Both the position numbers and the translations under genes were made by a program. 64,000 nucleotides of DNA from Candidatus Obscuribacteraceae bacterium (GTDB taxonomy: Bacteria; Cyanobacteriota; Vampirovibrionia; Obscuribacterales; Obscuribacteraceae). Below the pieces are notes generated by a model, which saw nothing but the letters and a program-made list of their open reading frames with translations, did not search any database and was not told the origin of the DNA. Shown here piece after piece: positions 1 to 10,128 of this stretch. The number at the start of each line of letters is the position of its first letter. The stretch's first letter is position 1. Location: NCBI GenBank assembly GCA_044226015.1, contig JBGAHS010000005.1, forward strand, positions 192,001-256,000, given 5' to 3'.

Positions 1-22
1 AGGCGGCGCTAGATCATTCATT

Positions 23-1771
23 TTGCAAGTTTCCAGTTTCGTTATAGCTACAATTTCTTGCATACTACTCATCGTTTTGACGCTGCTAGCACTTGAGTGG
101 TCTTTCGCAGTCGCTCATATCGGCGAAGACACCGTAGTTACGCCAGACCCTCTTTTAGGCTATGCCCATCTGAACCAGCAAAGGCTGGTTTATCGGCAAG
201 AAGGGTTTTCGGTTTCTCGAACGAATTCGCTCGGATTCAGAGAGCGCGAATTCAGTATCGTGAAGCCGGCTGACGCTACTCGTATTTGCGTTCTCGGTGA
301 TTCCATGACTGTGGGAATGGAAGTTCCTCCAGAGTTCACATTCACGAGGTTGTTGGAAAATTATTTGAACAATGAAGGACATGGAAAATTTGAAGTCCTC
401 AATTGTGGTATGTCGGGGTTTGGAACTGGACAAGAATACTTGCTCTACCGCCAGAAAGTGCGACAGTTGCATCCTGATGTTTTGGTGCTCACTTACAATA
501 TAGGTGACGCCGAAGACAACGTATTCCAGCGAGTTGGAATGAATCCGCCAAGACCAATTTTCCGGGTCGAAAATGGCACACTCAGAGCTGAGTTGCAGCA
601 AATAACAGATTGGTTCGCATCTACTGATGCACGTTTCTATTCTTCATTCGAGTGCTTGCGTCGCCATAGCAGAGTGCTTTCTGTGCTGACCAAGTTGAAC
701 CTTGATCTAAGCAATTCCGACCCCACATACAAAGCGATTGTTGGCTGTCTGGGCAAGCCCATCGGCATCGTTTGGGGTAAGGTTTTGAACTCATTGCCTG
801 TGGTGCCTCCAAATACACCGGATGCTTCTCAAACCACCTTTGAGTTTGCTGACCCTGTTTCATACTCAGGTGAAATCAATCAACTGCTTCCCCAGGCAGT
901 TCCACCCGCGCTCAATCAAGCGCCGGCCACTCTCGAATTGCGTCAAGCATTCGCGGCTACCCGCTCTGCAACTGAAGTTACTCTTGGAATATTGCAGTCA
1001 CTAAATCGTGATTGTAAGCAAGACAATTGCAAGCTTGTAGTTGTTGCAGCTCCTGGTTTGACCAATTCAGCTTTCTTCCAAAGAGAGTTGCTCTCCATAA
1101 AAGCGCTTGCTGCAAGAGATGGTTTCCAAATCATTGATTCTGGAAAGACATTTCCAGCACGTGCTCCGATGCAGGTCAGCCCATACTTCTTTGGTCTTCA
1201 CTTCACTCGTGCCGGGCATCAGGTTATGAGCAAGGCGATTTTTTACGGCTTGAAGAATGAACCTGTGCCTTCACCTGAGTCGACTGTTACTCCAGTAGTG
1301 ACTGCGCCAAAGCCCGTAACTTCGCTGCGACGGAAACTAAAGGACGAGCCGACAGAGGCTGAAAGCGAGAATGCTGAAGCCATTTCCATCCCCCAGTCTG
1401 TTCCTGATACAATAGAAAATGCCGAGACATCTGAGGAGTCTACCGTGAGCAACGATGAATCCAATAAAGACGCTTCAAACCAAGAGCAAGCAGACCAAGA
1501 GCTTAATCAGGGTATGAGCGAGGCTGATAAAGTTCGAGCTCTGCGGAAGGCTAAAGGTGGCTCGGGGCTGACTGGAGAACTGGGAAAACCTCTGGTAAAA
1601 CAAGAGGAAGTTTCCAATCGTGCTGAAGAAATTGAATCTAAATATCAAGAACTCAGCAAGTACAAGAAGTTTGCTACTAGCGGCATTACCAGTGCTTTTG
1701 GTGATTTGTTGAGCCCTTCCAAAAAGGAAGAAGAAAAGAAATCCGAGTCGGGCGACAGTACCGAAAAGTAG
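23..1771 (+). CDS. Membrane-anchored SGNH/GDSL hydrolase-family protein with long acidic, disordered C-terminal tail
   Basis: N-terminal TM helix; block I VLGDSMT, block II NCGMSG, and HFTRAGH near the end of the domain; last ~170 aa are E/S/K-rich. Start codon uncertain (window edge). Confidence 0.75.
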   Translation: MQVSSFVIATISCILLIVLTLLALEWSFAVAHIGEDTVVTPDPLLGYAHLNQQRLVYRQEGFSVSRTNSLGFREREFSIVKPADATRICVLGDSMTVGMEVPPEFTFTRLLENYLNNEGHGKFEVLNCGMSGFGTGQEYLLYRQKVRQLHPDVLVLTYNIGDAEDNVFQRVGMNPPRPIFRVENGTLRAELQQITDWFASTDARFYSSFECLRRHSRVLSVLTKLNLDLSNSDPTYKAIVGCLGKPIGIVWGKVLNSLPVVPPNTPDASQTTFEFADPVSYSGEINQLLPQAVPPALNQAPATLELRQAFAATRSATEVTLGILQSLNRDCKQDNCKLVVVAAPGLTNSAFFQRELLSIKALAARDGFQIIDSGKTFPARAPMQVSPYFFGLHFTRAGHQVMSKAIFYGLKNEPVPSPESTVTPVVTAPKPVTSLRRKLKDEPTEAESENAEAISIPQSVPDTIENAETSEESTVSNDESNKDASNQEQADQELNQGMSEADKVRALRKAKGGSGLTGELGKPLVKQEEVSNRAEEIESKYQELSKYKKFATSGITSAFGDLLSPSKKEEEKKSESGDSTEK

Positions 1772-1836
1772 CTAGTCAGATGATTGTATCGTCGACCGTC
1801 GGCAGAGTTTGTCGACACAATTCTCGGTTGTACAGG

Positions 1837-3015
1837 CTATTTCGTTTCGTTAGTGGTTTCGGTTGAACCGATGGCGCGCGGTTTCGTTCTGCCCTGAGCG
1901 GCCTTCATGATGACTCCGATATCGTCCATGAGTTCGAAATCTGATTTACCAGCGCAAACGTGCAATTCCTGACTTAAGAGTCGTAATCTATCAGTCAGAT
2001 GCTTGTTTGGAAAGGTCTGTCCGTACACTTGCTGTTCGCACCACGCTATTTTCGTCTGAAGCTTTGCATCAGCAGACGGTAATAGGCTCGGGTCCGAATT
2101 GCCACCATCGGCGGTGTCGGGTGCGGCTGATAAGTTCAGATCGTCTTTGGGTGGGGCCGTGTCCTGAGGGCGGTTAGCTCCTGGTCGATTTCCCAGCATT
2201 CCCATCGCCGCTCCAGGAATCATTCCCAATCCGCCCAGTCCTGTCATGCCTAGCAATGTGTTTGCCGCCATTGCAATTGCAGCTTTTGACATGTTTGCTT
2301 TGTTTGAAGGCTGTGTATTCGGTGTGGGTCTTTCTACCTGATACATCTGGCTGGAAGAAGCAACAACCTTCTTGTGCAATTTCTTCTCTGCATATTCTTC
2401 CAGTTTGTCTGTGCGCTGACTGTAGTCCAGAATGTTTGTGGGTGAGCCAAACGCCGATGTCTCCAGCTTCGATAGTCTCGCAGAAATCGGGTCCTTTTCG
2501 TATGTATGACCTAATATCGCGGTTTCAAGAGCTGTTATCTTGGGGTAGTCCTTCAGCTCAGCCGCTTCGACATCGCTCAATGAAGCAGATGAGTCGGCTG
2601 CGTATGAAGAGCCTGATTTATTGGAAGGCGCTGTTGCCGTGTTGTTGGTGTTGCTGTTATGCCCTGATGCCGTTTTTGCTGGCTTGACTAATGCTGGGTC
2701 AGGCTTAGGTGGCGTCAGCTCCTCATCTTTATATAGACCAATCAAATCCTCTACGCGTTGTTGTGCACTGCCAGTCTTTTGCTCGCCCAAAATTAAGTCT
2801 TCCAGACGTGCTGCTCTTTCTTCAATACTTTCAGTCTCGAAGCTGTGTCCGAACAGTTTGTATTCGAGGCGACCGAGTTTCTCTTTATTGCCTGAGCTGA
2901 GTTCATCTGCAGCCCAAATCGGCAAGCAATGGCAAGCTAGCAGCGATAGGCTGCATGAAATTGTTATAAGAACCCGCATTCGCCTCACCACGGATTGACC
3001 TGGCAATTTTATCAT
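1837..3015 (-). CDS. Secreted hypothetical protein with three internal helical repeats
   Basis: Signal-peptide-like N-terminus; repeats KLGRLEYKLFG..ERAARLE, KITALETAILG..ARLSKLE and KIAWCEQQVYG..DRLRLL. Confidence 0.7.
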   Translation of the reverse strand: MIKLPGQSVVRRMRVLITISCSLSLLACHCLPIWAADELSSGNKEKLGRLEYKLFGHSFETESIEERAARLEDLILGEQKTGSAQQRVEDLIGLYKDEELTPPKPDPALVKPAKTASGHNSNTNNTATAPSNKSGSSYAADSSASLSDVEAAELKDYPKITALETAILGHTYEKDPISARLSKLETSAFGSPTNILDYSQRTDKLEEYAEKKLHKKVVASSSQMYQVERPTPNTQPSNKANMSKAAIAMAANTLLGMTGLGGLGMIPGAAMGMLGNRPGANRPQDTAPPKDDLNLSAAPDTADGGNSDPSLLPSADAKLQTKIAWCEQQVYGQTFPNKHLTDRLRLLSQELHVCAGKSDFELMDDIGVIMKAAQGRTKPRAIGSTETTNETK

Positions 3016-3125
3016 GACAATTTTAGGGCGAGGGTCTTGTCATCCGCTGGCGAGATTTCTTGAAGCAATTGTCATATAAGGGATTCGCGCCGTTATTTGC
3101 TCAAATTTCGGGGAAGATACCTTTT

Positions 3126-5723
3126 ATGATATTAACCAGTTTTTTGCCTCGCCTAATAGCTTTTCTTCTGCTCATTCAAATTCCTGTTTGGTGGCTTGCC
3201 GACAGCTTCGCGCCCGCTGCTAGTGCATTCGTTTACGAATCAATTGCGGATAAAGTGTGCTCAAAAATTGAAGAAACTAAAGATAAGAGCCAGCGACATT
3301 TCCTTGAAATGGGTCACTATTACAACCTTGCCTGGATTCATGTCAGTGACAATAAGTCCAAAAATGTCGAAGGCTCTAATCGTCCTGGTTATCTGCCTGA
3401 TTTGTCCCAAGAGCCGAGTCGCGTAATTGTTGAAAGAGCAAATCGCTTCGTTGAAATTTATAGACCCCTTCCCAAAGAGAGTGTGTACCTCGGTTTTCGC
3501 TGCCCTGCCATTCTTGATTCGTTGTTGACCAAAGGGGTCTGGCCGAGTCAAATACCGTTAGGTACAGTTGCTATTGCCACCGTCCTAAATGCTGTTGCGT
3601 TGCTTGGTGCTTACGTTGCGTTTTTTGGTCTTCCTTTGCACAGTTTGTTGGCCAAAATGGGTAAAGGCGAGGACATTTCTGATGAATATCCGCCATTTGT
3701 GAGTTCGGAACTCAGCCAGATCAACAAAGCCGTTGAAGCGCGTTTTGCAAATCTGCGTGGTGAACATGAGAAGAGCATCACTGCAGCCCGCTCTGATTTA
3801 ACCGGTGCAATGGCTAAAGAATCTGATGACAGATTTCTTTCCAGGCTTCTTTCCGATTTGTTTGCCGTGCGCCGGTCTGATGCCGTGTATTCCGTAATTG
3901 CTCAACACTTGTCCGATGATTTTATCGGCGTAGTAAAAGCTGGTTTTGGTTTCGAGTTTACGTCTTCTGGTAAATGGCGTGTAACTTCGTCGTGGGGACT
4001 TTCAGAAGAACAGAGCAAAATTCTTGACGAACTGTCTAGCAGCCAATTCGTGGTGCTCGCTCGCAAGATGCACACTGCTTCGTTTTTGGGAAAAGATGAA
4101 CTAGCTTCGAAGAGATTGGAAGCTATGGTCACAGAATTGAATTGTGATCAGACTGTGTTGATTCCGATGGCTATCTCTCCGTCTGAGCGTGCCTACCTAA
4201 GTTTGTTTGTATCAAATAAGGAACAGCACAGTGTGCAGCGCTTAGAACGAATCGTTCATCGCATTTCTGAGCGAGTTTCACCCATCTGGAGTCTTATTGC
4301 AGGTTACGATAACGCATTCAGGCTCAGCCGACACGACTTGCTGACAGGGTTGCAAAATCGTGTGGCACTTGAGGAATTGTTTCATGCGCTGAAATATCCT
4401 GCCAATGGTGAGCAGATTCAAACCGAGCTTTGCTTCATGATTTTTGAAGGTGACAACTTCAGGCAAATGCTGAATAGTTATGGACCGCGCACTATCGATC
4501 AACTGATTCAAGAGATGGGGCAGCAGCTGCTTGTATCACTAGAGCAGAGTGTGCGTTTCAAAAAGGCCAGTGCAAGAATTGATTTTTCGAGAAACCTGTA
4601 TCGAGTAGGTGCCTGTAAGTTCCTGTTGGTGCTTGAAGACTCAAGCACCAAGAAAGCCATAGATATGGCGGAGTCTGTTTCGGCAAGTATTGCAGAGCGG
4701 AAAGATTGGGCACACGGTTTGCCATCATGGTCGGTGTCAGTAGGTGTTAATTGTTTTCAGTTGAAGAATGCAAATCCTGAGGACAGCTTTGAAGTCGCTC
4801 TGATAACTCTGGATTATATTCGGTCACGAAGATCTACCGGAGTTGTGGTTTCTTCAAAAGATGTTCCAGAAGATTTCATGTCTAGAGCGCAAAGTAAAAA
4901 TCGGGGAGCAATTGAAGCTCTAGAGCCTGATTCATTATTGAAAAAATTCGAACAAAATCAGAAGACTGGCATTCTCACTGCGTCTAATGACGAGGGAAGA
5001 ATGTTTTGGTCTTATTTTGAAGAAGGGGTTCCCAAGAAAGCGAGAATGGGCACTCTATGTGGTGACATAGCACTCGTTGAGTTCCTCACGAGCTTTTCTC
5101 AAGTTAGCTACCGAATGCAAGACATCGCCTCGCTTGATGCGCAAACATCTAGCGATATGAAAAATCTTGGTGGTGCTTATCTGATTCAAACTGATGTTAA
5201 TGAACTAATTGATTTTTCAAATCGAATGAACAAATTAGGTTCAGATGCAAAAGTGCATTTGAAAACTCCAGATATGATTGTGCACCCCACTACCGAGCAC
5301 AAGGATGGTCAGATTGAAGAGACGTTCTTCAAAGCAGGCAAAACGCCTCATGTAATCTACTTGAATGTGGTGAAAAAACTTTGGGAAATTTCGAATGGCA
5401 GATACACTCTTGAAGAGATGATCTCAAAGATAGAAGAATCTTGTCCTTCTGCACTTGTTTGGGCTGCTGCTGATTTCTTGTCGCAGAACAAATTGATCAA
5501 GTTCTCTCGCTTGAGAGTATCTGTTCACACCGATGGCGCTTCAGAAAAGGAAGCCGGCGCCGTTGTGGCAAAGGGAACCTCTGCGGTTAAAGCACCACCA
5601 GCTGCATCAGGCTATGTGTCGCTTCCGAGAATGTGTAATGTCTGTCGAACAGTTGATCCGTTGAGTCAAAAGTTCTGTGTCCACTGCGGTGCTGAAATGG
5701 GACCTGCTCCCACCAGAGACTGA
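3126..5723 (+). CDS. Membrane signalling protein: TM-sensor-TM, GAF-like, degenerate GGDEF, DUF4388/PATAN-like, C-terminal zinc ribbon
   Basis: HDLLTGLQNR GGDEF-domain start; YRVGACKF in place of RxGGDEF; KTGILTA..WSYFEEG resembles DUF4388; CNVC..CVHC at the C-terminus. ATG 3126 chosen over TTG 3060. Confidence 0.7.
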   Translation: MILTSFLPRLIAFLLLIQIPVWWLADSFAPAASAFVYESIADKVCSKIEETKDKSQRHFLEMGHYYNLAWIHVSDNKSKNVEGSNRPGYLPDLSQEPSRVIVERANRFVEIYRPLPKESVYLGFRCPAILDSLLTKGVWPSQIPLGTVAIATVLNAVALLGAYVAFFGLPLHSLLAKMGKGEDISDEYPPFVSSELSQINKAVEARFANLRGEHEKSITAARSDLTGAMAKESDDRFLSRLLSDLFAVRRSDAVYSVIAQHLSDDFIGVVKAGFGFEFTSSGKWRVTSSWGLSEEQSKILDELSSSQFVVLARKMHTASFLGKDELASKRLEAMVTELNCDQTVLIPMAISPSERAYLSLFVSNKEQHSVQRLERIVHRISERVSPIWSLIAGYDNAFRLSRHDLLTGLQNRVALEELFHALKYPANGEQIQTELCFMIFEGDNFRQMLNSYGPRTIDQLIQEMGQQLLVSLEQSVRFKKASARIDFSRNLYRVGACKFLLVLEDSSTKKAIDMAESVSASIAERKDWAHGLPSWSVSVGVNCFQLKNANPEDSFEVALITLDYIRSRRSTGVVVSSKDVPEDFMSRAQSKNRGAIEALEPDSLLKKFEQNQKTGILTASNDEGRMFWSYFEEGVPKKARMGTLCGDIALVEFLTSFSQVSYRMQDIASLDAQTSSDMKNLGGAYLIQTDVNELIDFSNRMNKLGSDAKVHLKTPDMIVHPTTEHKDGQIEETFFKAGKTPHVIYLNVVKKLWEISNGRYTLEEMISKIEESCPSALVWAAADFLSQNKLIKFSRLRVSVHTDGASEKEAGAVVAKGTSAVKAPPAASGYVSLPRMCNVCRTVDPLSQKFCVHCGAEMGPAPTRD

Positions 5724-5733
5724 TCTGCTTGCG

Positions 5734-6258
5734 TTAGAAGTCCCACTTAGTTTGTTTGTGGTGAGTGTCTACGCTATCGATTTCCTTGTTGAGTCGATTC
5801 GAGCCAACTCGAAAGTACCGTTGAATTACCTTTTGCATGGGGTTATCGATTACATCTTCACGGATCATCCAGCCGCGCCGTCCCTTCTGTCTGCCACTCA
5901 TTACAGCAACTTTGACAATACGGTAAGGGCAAGAAAAAATCATTATCTTCCCCGTTTCCAAAACTCTTATTTTGGTTTCGTCTTCCAGCTTTTTGATGCT
6001 GCCTTCTTCAACTTTCATTTTTAGGACACCTTCAGCGGTCTCTCTGTCTCGTGGGCTGAGACCTATTGTGGCGTCGATGGGCCAGCGGATATCCTCCTTA
6101 GCTTGCGCGAAGTATGCGCTTCCGTATTTAGGACCCGCTGCTTCGCATTCAGTTCCGGAAATAGGAGTGTTGCCGTTGAGAATCGCTACTCCGAGCCCGC
6201 TTGTGTACAAATACCAGAGACAAAAACCAGAAACAACTAAGGTAAATAACTTACCCAT
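5734..6258 (-). CDS. Hypothetical membrane-anchored protein
   Basis: Hydrophobic N-terminus (MGKLFTLVVSGFCLWYLY); GGGGGA SD-like sequence upstream of ATG 6258. Confidence 0.6.
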   Translation of the reverse strand: MGKLFTLVVSGFCLWYLYTSGLGVAILNGNTPISGTECEAAGPKYGSAYFAQAKEDIRWPIDATIGLSPRDRETAEGVLKMKVEEGSIKKLEDETKIRVLETGKIMIFSCPYRIVKVAVMSGRQKGRRGWMIREDVIDNPMQKVIQRYFRVGSNRLNKEIDSVDTHHKQTKWDF

Positions 6259-6442
6259 GATAATTTCCCCCGATTTGGAAAGCGTAGACACCAGGGTTAA
6301 TTTCGCATTTCCCTGCTTTAAGTAAGTGTTGAAATTACGCTTATGTTGTCAATATATCAACGCATGCAGATTTTGACAAGTGCTCTTGCACGTATTAATG
6401 ATTAATCCGCTTTTGATTGATGTTATAAGAACTGTCTGGGAT

Positions 6443-6720
6443 TGTTGGTGCTTCCCGGGAGTGCCGACTTCCAGCCGGTATCTGGAGCTCGGACTTGCTT
6501 TCAGGCGATAACCCTTCCGATATAAAGCGTGTAAATAACAGTTATTTGCCTCTGGTTCTTTTTTTTCAGCCTAAGGCTTATAATTTGATGGTTCCTGCTC
6601 GAGCGGACAGAAGTGCCATCTAACGCGCACAGGAGCAAGCTGCTCGAACGGAAGCGTCGCCAAACTGCTCTCATGGAAGCACCATCCCGTTCGTCCGGGA
6701 GCACCAACAGTTTGGTGGCT
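6443..6720. other. Structured intergenic element (candidate ncRNA or cluster of REP-like repeats)
   Basis: 6443-6458 is complementary to 6695-6709; internal stems GGCGA..CTTCCG/CGGAAG..TCGCC and CTCGAGCGG/CTGCTCGAA; TGTTATAAG extended -10-like motif at 6421-6429. Confidence 0.35.
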
Positions 6721-6787
6721 TCGAGGAGTATTTGCCAAATGGAAACTCGGTGATACTGCTTGTGGTGTCACATCCGGTGAACAAAAA

Positions 6788-7399
6788 ATGCCCAAACCGT
6801 TCAGAAGAAAAAAAGTCAAGCCAGTCATCGGAGGCGTTTTGTCTGGTGGCTACAGCAGTCGCATGGGCAAGCCCAAAGATCGGATTGTACTGTCAGATGG
6901 GCGATGCATGATTCAACATGTGGTTGAAGTTCTTCTTTGCGTTTGCAATGAAGTGGTTGTTGCTGGTCCAGAAATTCCAGAATTATTGATGGAAAGCGAG
7001 CGGGTTCATTTCGTTCACGACAACTTTCCTGGACAGGGACCACTGGCTGGCATCGAGGCGATTCTCGGAACCGGATATTCAAACGGTTACGTAATTGCTG
7101 CATGCGATCAGCCGCTGCTCACCGAAGAAATCTTACGCATGCTAATTCCTGAATCTCGTGATATGCCATGCTTTTTCGAAGCTGCCGAAGGTCAACCTAT
7201 TCAGCCTTTGCCTGGGTACTACCCTGTCACTTGGTTGGCCGACATAAGGGATTCGCTGCGACGCAATCGCAGAGCACTGAAAGGATTGATCGCAGAATCT
7301 GATGTGGTTCTGAAGCCGATGACAGCGAAAGCTGCCTGGTGTTTGCAATCTATTAATACCGAGGACGACCTTTCGCGTCTAACGCCATTTTTAGGTTGA
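6788..7399 (+). CDS. mobA: Molybdenum cofactor guanylyltransferase
   Basis: VLSGGYSSRMGKPK, GPLAGI, ACDQP and SINTEDD motifs of the MobA/NTP_transf_3 family. Confidence 0.85.
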   Translation: MPKPFRRKKVKPVIGGVLSGGYSSRMGKPKDRIVLSDGRCMIQHVVEVLLCVCNEVVVAGPEIPELLMESERVHFVHDNFPGQGPLAGIEAILGTGYSNGYVIAACDQPLLTEEILRMLIPESRDMPCFFEAAEGQPIQPLPGYYPVTWLADIRDSLRRNRRALKGLIAESDVVLKPMTAKAAWCLQSINTEDDLSRLTPFLG

Positions 7400-7512
7400 A
7401 TTCGAATTAAGGGCGCTATAATTCCTTTCTGAATTCCGCTCAGCGACCGGCTATATATGCTGGATAGCGATCGCATGTTTGGTTGACATCACTTCTGCTT
7501 TTGGAGTAAATC

Positions 7513-7980
7513 ATGGTTGATAAAGTAACTTTGAAGGTCAAACGTTTGCCGCATTGCAAGGACCTTCCCAGGTATGCTACGCCAGGCTCTGCTGGCATGG
7601 ACCTGACAGCTGCCATCGAGAAACCATATACGCTAGAAGCTGGTCAGCGGTATGCTATGCCAACAGGTATTATTGTCGAAATTCCAGAGCATTATGAAGG
7701 GCAGGTTCGCCCTCGCTCGGGCTTGGCATTCAAAGCTGGCATCAGTTTGACCAACTGCGTGGGCACCATTGATAGTGACTATCGCGGCGAGGTGAAAGTT
7801 TTGCTCATCAATCATGGGCAAGCTGCTTATACGTTCGAGCCAGGCGAGAGAATTGCGCAACTTCTGGTCACACCAGTTCCTGTAGTTAGCATCGTTGAAG
7901 TCGATGAGTTGAGTGAAAGTGCCGAACGCGGTGCCGGTGGCTTCGGATCCACTGGACGCAGTGTTCTGACGGTGAATTAA
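7513..7980 (+). CDS. dut: dUTP diphosphatase
   Basis: [26 protein letters not shown] and [10 protein letters not shown] motifs. Confidence 0.97.
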   Translation: MVDKVTLKVKRLPHCKDLPRYATPGSAGMDLTAAIEKPYTLEAGQRYAMPTGIIVEIPEHYEGQVRPRSGLAFKAGISLTNCVGTIDSDYRGEVKVLLINHGQAAYTFEPGERIAQLLVTPVPVVSIVEVDELSESAERGAGGFGSTGRSVLTVN

Positions 7981-8196
7981 TTCTCACAATCTCTTCGGAT
8001 TCGTCATCTTGAGTTCATAAGCCGCTTGCTGCCTCGATTGTAGGCGCCAGCGGTTTTGTGTGTATTTGCGAAACCTGCATTCACGCTTGCTAGCAATCAG
8101 TACCGAAGCCGGTTCGGATCGGTTAAACTGAGATTTCCAGGAAAAAAATTGTTCTCATCGTCGCGCTCCGGCAAGGAGTGCTCAAGGAGTATTTGG

Positions 8197-9051
8197 ATGT
8201 CAGCTAAAATCAAAGTCGCCATTGGCGGAATCAGCGGTCGCATGGGACGAGCTAGTTCCATGCTGATTCTCGAAGGCTCTGAGCAATTTGAACTAGTTGG
8301 GGCTTTTGGTCGTGAAAACGCAGACTATGCTGGACTTGATGTTGGCGAATTCGTTGGCTGCAAATCAAATGGCGTAAAAATAAGCAATGGTCTCTCAAGC
8401 ATGTTGAGTCAGTGTAAGCCTGACATAGTCTTCGAAAATAGTGTTGCAGAGTACTCAGTAGAGATTGCGAAGACATTGATTCCCGCAGGTATCAGGCCCG
8501 TGATGGGAACTTCTGGAATTCCTGACGCTGATGTGAAGGCGCTAGATGAATTGAGCCGCAAGCACAGGACCGGTGCTTTGCTCATACCAAACTTTTCTAT
8601 TGGTGCAGTGCTAATGATGGAATTCGCACGTCAGGCAGGTGCATTTTTTGAAAATGTGGAAGTCGTTGAAATGCATCACACTAAAAAGTTGGATGCTCCC
8701 TCAGGCACTGCGATGCATACTGTGAAAAAACTTGCATCAATGCGAGAGCAATACAATGCAAAAGAGGTTGAAGAACACGAACTACTGAAGGGCTCACGTG
8801 GAGCCGTCGGACAGTCAGGGGTTCGCGTACATTCTCTGCGCTTGCCTGGACTGATTTCGCATCAGGAAGTCATTTTTGGTGGTCCTGGTGAACTGTTCAC
8901 CATTCGCCATGACAGCTTCAATATGGATTGCTTCCTGAAGGGCATAGGACTTTCGCTTTCATTCGTGATGGGAATCGATCATCTTGTTCTTGGTTTAGAC
9001 AATGTGTTAGGGCTGGGTGCTCAAGAGCGAGCAACTGCAGCAGTAAAGTAG
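8197..9051 (+). CDS. dapB: 4-hydroxy-tetrahydrodipicolinate reductase
   Basis: GISGRMG, PNFSIG, EMHHTKKLDAPSGTA, IRHDS; AAGGAG SD before ATG 8197. Confidence 0.95.
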   Translation: MSAKIKVAIGGISGRMGRASSMLILEGSEQFELVGAFGRENADYAGLDVGEFVGCKSNGVKISNGLSSMLSQCKPDIVFENSVAEYSVEIAKTLIPAGIRPVMGTSGIPDADVKALDELSRKHRTGALLIPNFSIGAVLMMEFARQAGAFFENVEVVEMHHTKKLDAPSGTAMHTVKKLASMREQYNAKEVEEHELLKGSRGAVGQSGVRVHSLRLPGLISHQEVIFGGPGELFTIRHDSFNMDCFLKGIGLSLSFVMGIDHLVLGLDNVLGLGAQERATAAVK

Positions 9052-9067
9052 ATAAAAGGAGGATAAA

Positions 9068-10108
9068 ATGGCTTCTTCAAGACCAGTAAACGTCGCTATT
9101 TTGGGAGCAACCGGTCGCGTTGGTCAAGAACTGATCAAGGTACTGGAAGAGCGAAAATTTGCAGTGGCTGAGTTTCGTCCACTCGCGAGCGCTCGGTCTA
9201 AAGACGCCAAAGTTATCTTCAATGGTAAAGAATATGCAGTACAGGAACCTTCAGAAGAGGCCTTTAAAGGCATCGACATAGTATTGGCTTCTGCCGGTGC
9301 TGACATCAGTGAGAAGTTGAGTCCGCTTGCTGTAAAGCAAGGTGCTTGCGTGATTGATAACTCAAATGCATTTCGTATGGATCCATCAGTACCGTTGGTG
9401 GTGCCAGAAGTGAATGGACACACGTTGAAAGACCACAAGGGCATTATTGCTAACCCGAATTGCTCGACCTCACAGCTTGTGGTTGTTCTCAAGCCATTGC
9501 ATGATGCTGCAAAAATGAAAAGAGTAATTGTTTCGACATACCAATCTGTCAGTGGTGCTGGCAAAGAGGCTATGGATGAGCTAGAGCTTCAAACTCGAGC
9601 GGTGGTCGAAGGAAGAGAGCATCCTCCTCAGGTGTTTCAACGCCAGATTTCACACAACTTGATTCCACATATCGATAAATTCCTTCCGAATGGTTACACC
9701 AAAGAAGAAATGAAGGTTGTGCATGAGACACAGAAGATAATGGGCTTGCCAGATCTCGCTGTTACCTGCACTGCGGTAAGAGTGCCCGTCTATATCAGCC
9801 ACAGCGAATCTGTACTCATCGAATTCGAGAAGCCCATAAGTGCGGAACAAGCCAAAGAGATTTTGAGTAAAGCCGAAGCTGTGGAAGTTTGGGATGACCC
9901 TGATAATTCGCATTATCCAACACCTCTTGATACTGCTGGAAAAGACCCTGTTTATGTTGGACGAATCAGAAAAGATACGTCTTCTGAAAACGGTCTCAAC
10001 CTCTGGGTTGTGGCTGACAATTTGAGAATCGGCGCAGCACTAAATGCGGTTCGCATTGCCGAATATCTCGTCGAGCACAACCTGGTGCGTACAACCGTAT
10101 CCGCATAA
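9068..10108 (+). CDS. asd: Aspartate-semialdehyde dehydrogenase
   Basis: GATGRVG, ANPNCST, YQSVSGAG, DNLRIGAALN; AAGGAGG SD. Confidence 0.97.
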   Translation: MASSRPVNVAILGATGRVGQELIKVLEERKFAVAEFRPLASARSKDAKVIFNGKEYAVQEPSEEAFKGIDIVLASAGADISEKLSPLAVKQGACVIDNSNAFRMDPSVPLVVPEVNGHTLKDHKGIIANPNCSTSQLVVVLKPLHDAAKMKRVIVSTYQSVSGAGKEAMDELELQTRAVVEGREHPPQVFQRQISHNLIPHIDKFLPNGYTKEEMKVVHETQKIMGLPDLAVTCTAVRVPVYISHSESVLIEFEKPISAEQAKEILSKAEAVEVWDDPDNSHYPTPLDTAGKDPVYVGRIRKDTSSENGLNLWVVADNLRIGAALNAVRIAEYLVEHNLVRTTVSA

Positions 10109-10128
10109 TTTAGAAGAAGGAATTAGTT

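Noticed and set aside
6483..6496. AAGTCCGAGCTCCA on the minus strand, resembling the RNase P RNA P4 motif
   Set aside because: The preceding GAGGA and the 3' partner motif are not evident, so I cannot support rnpB.
6443..6787. tmRNA, SRP RNA or tRNA-Sec upstream of mobA
   Set aside because: No tRNA-like T-arm/acceptor, no convincing tag peptide and no SRP domain IV motif seen.
8056..8196. N-terminal extensions in the ORF track (dapB; also 3060, 16608, 29650, 45253, 46897)
   Set aside because: Downstream ATGs match family starts, signal peptides or SD sites better.
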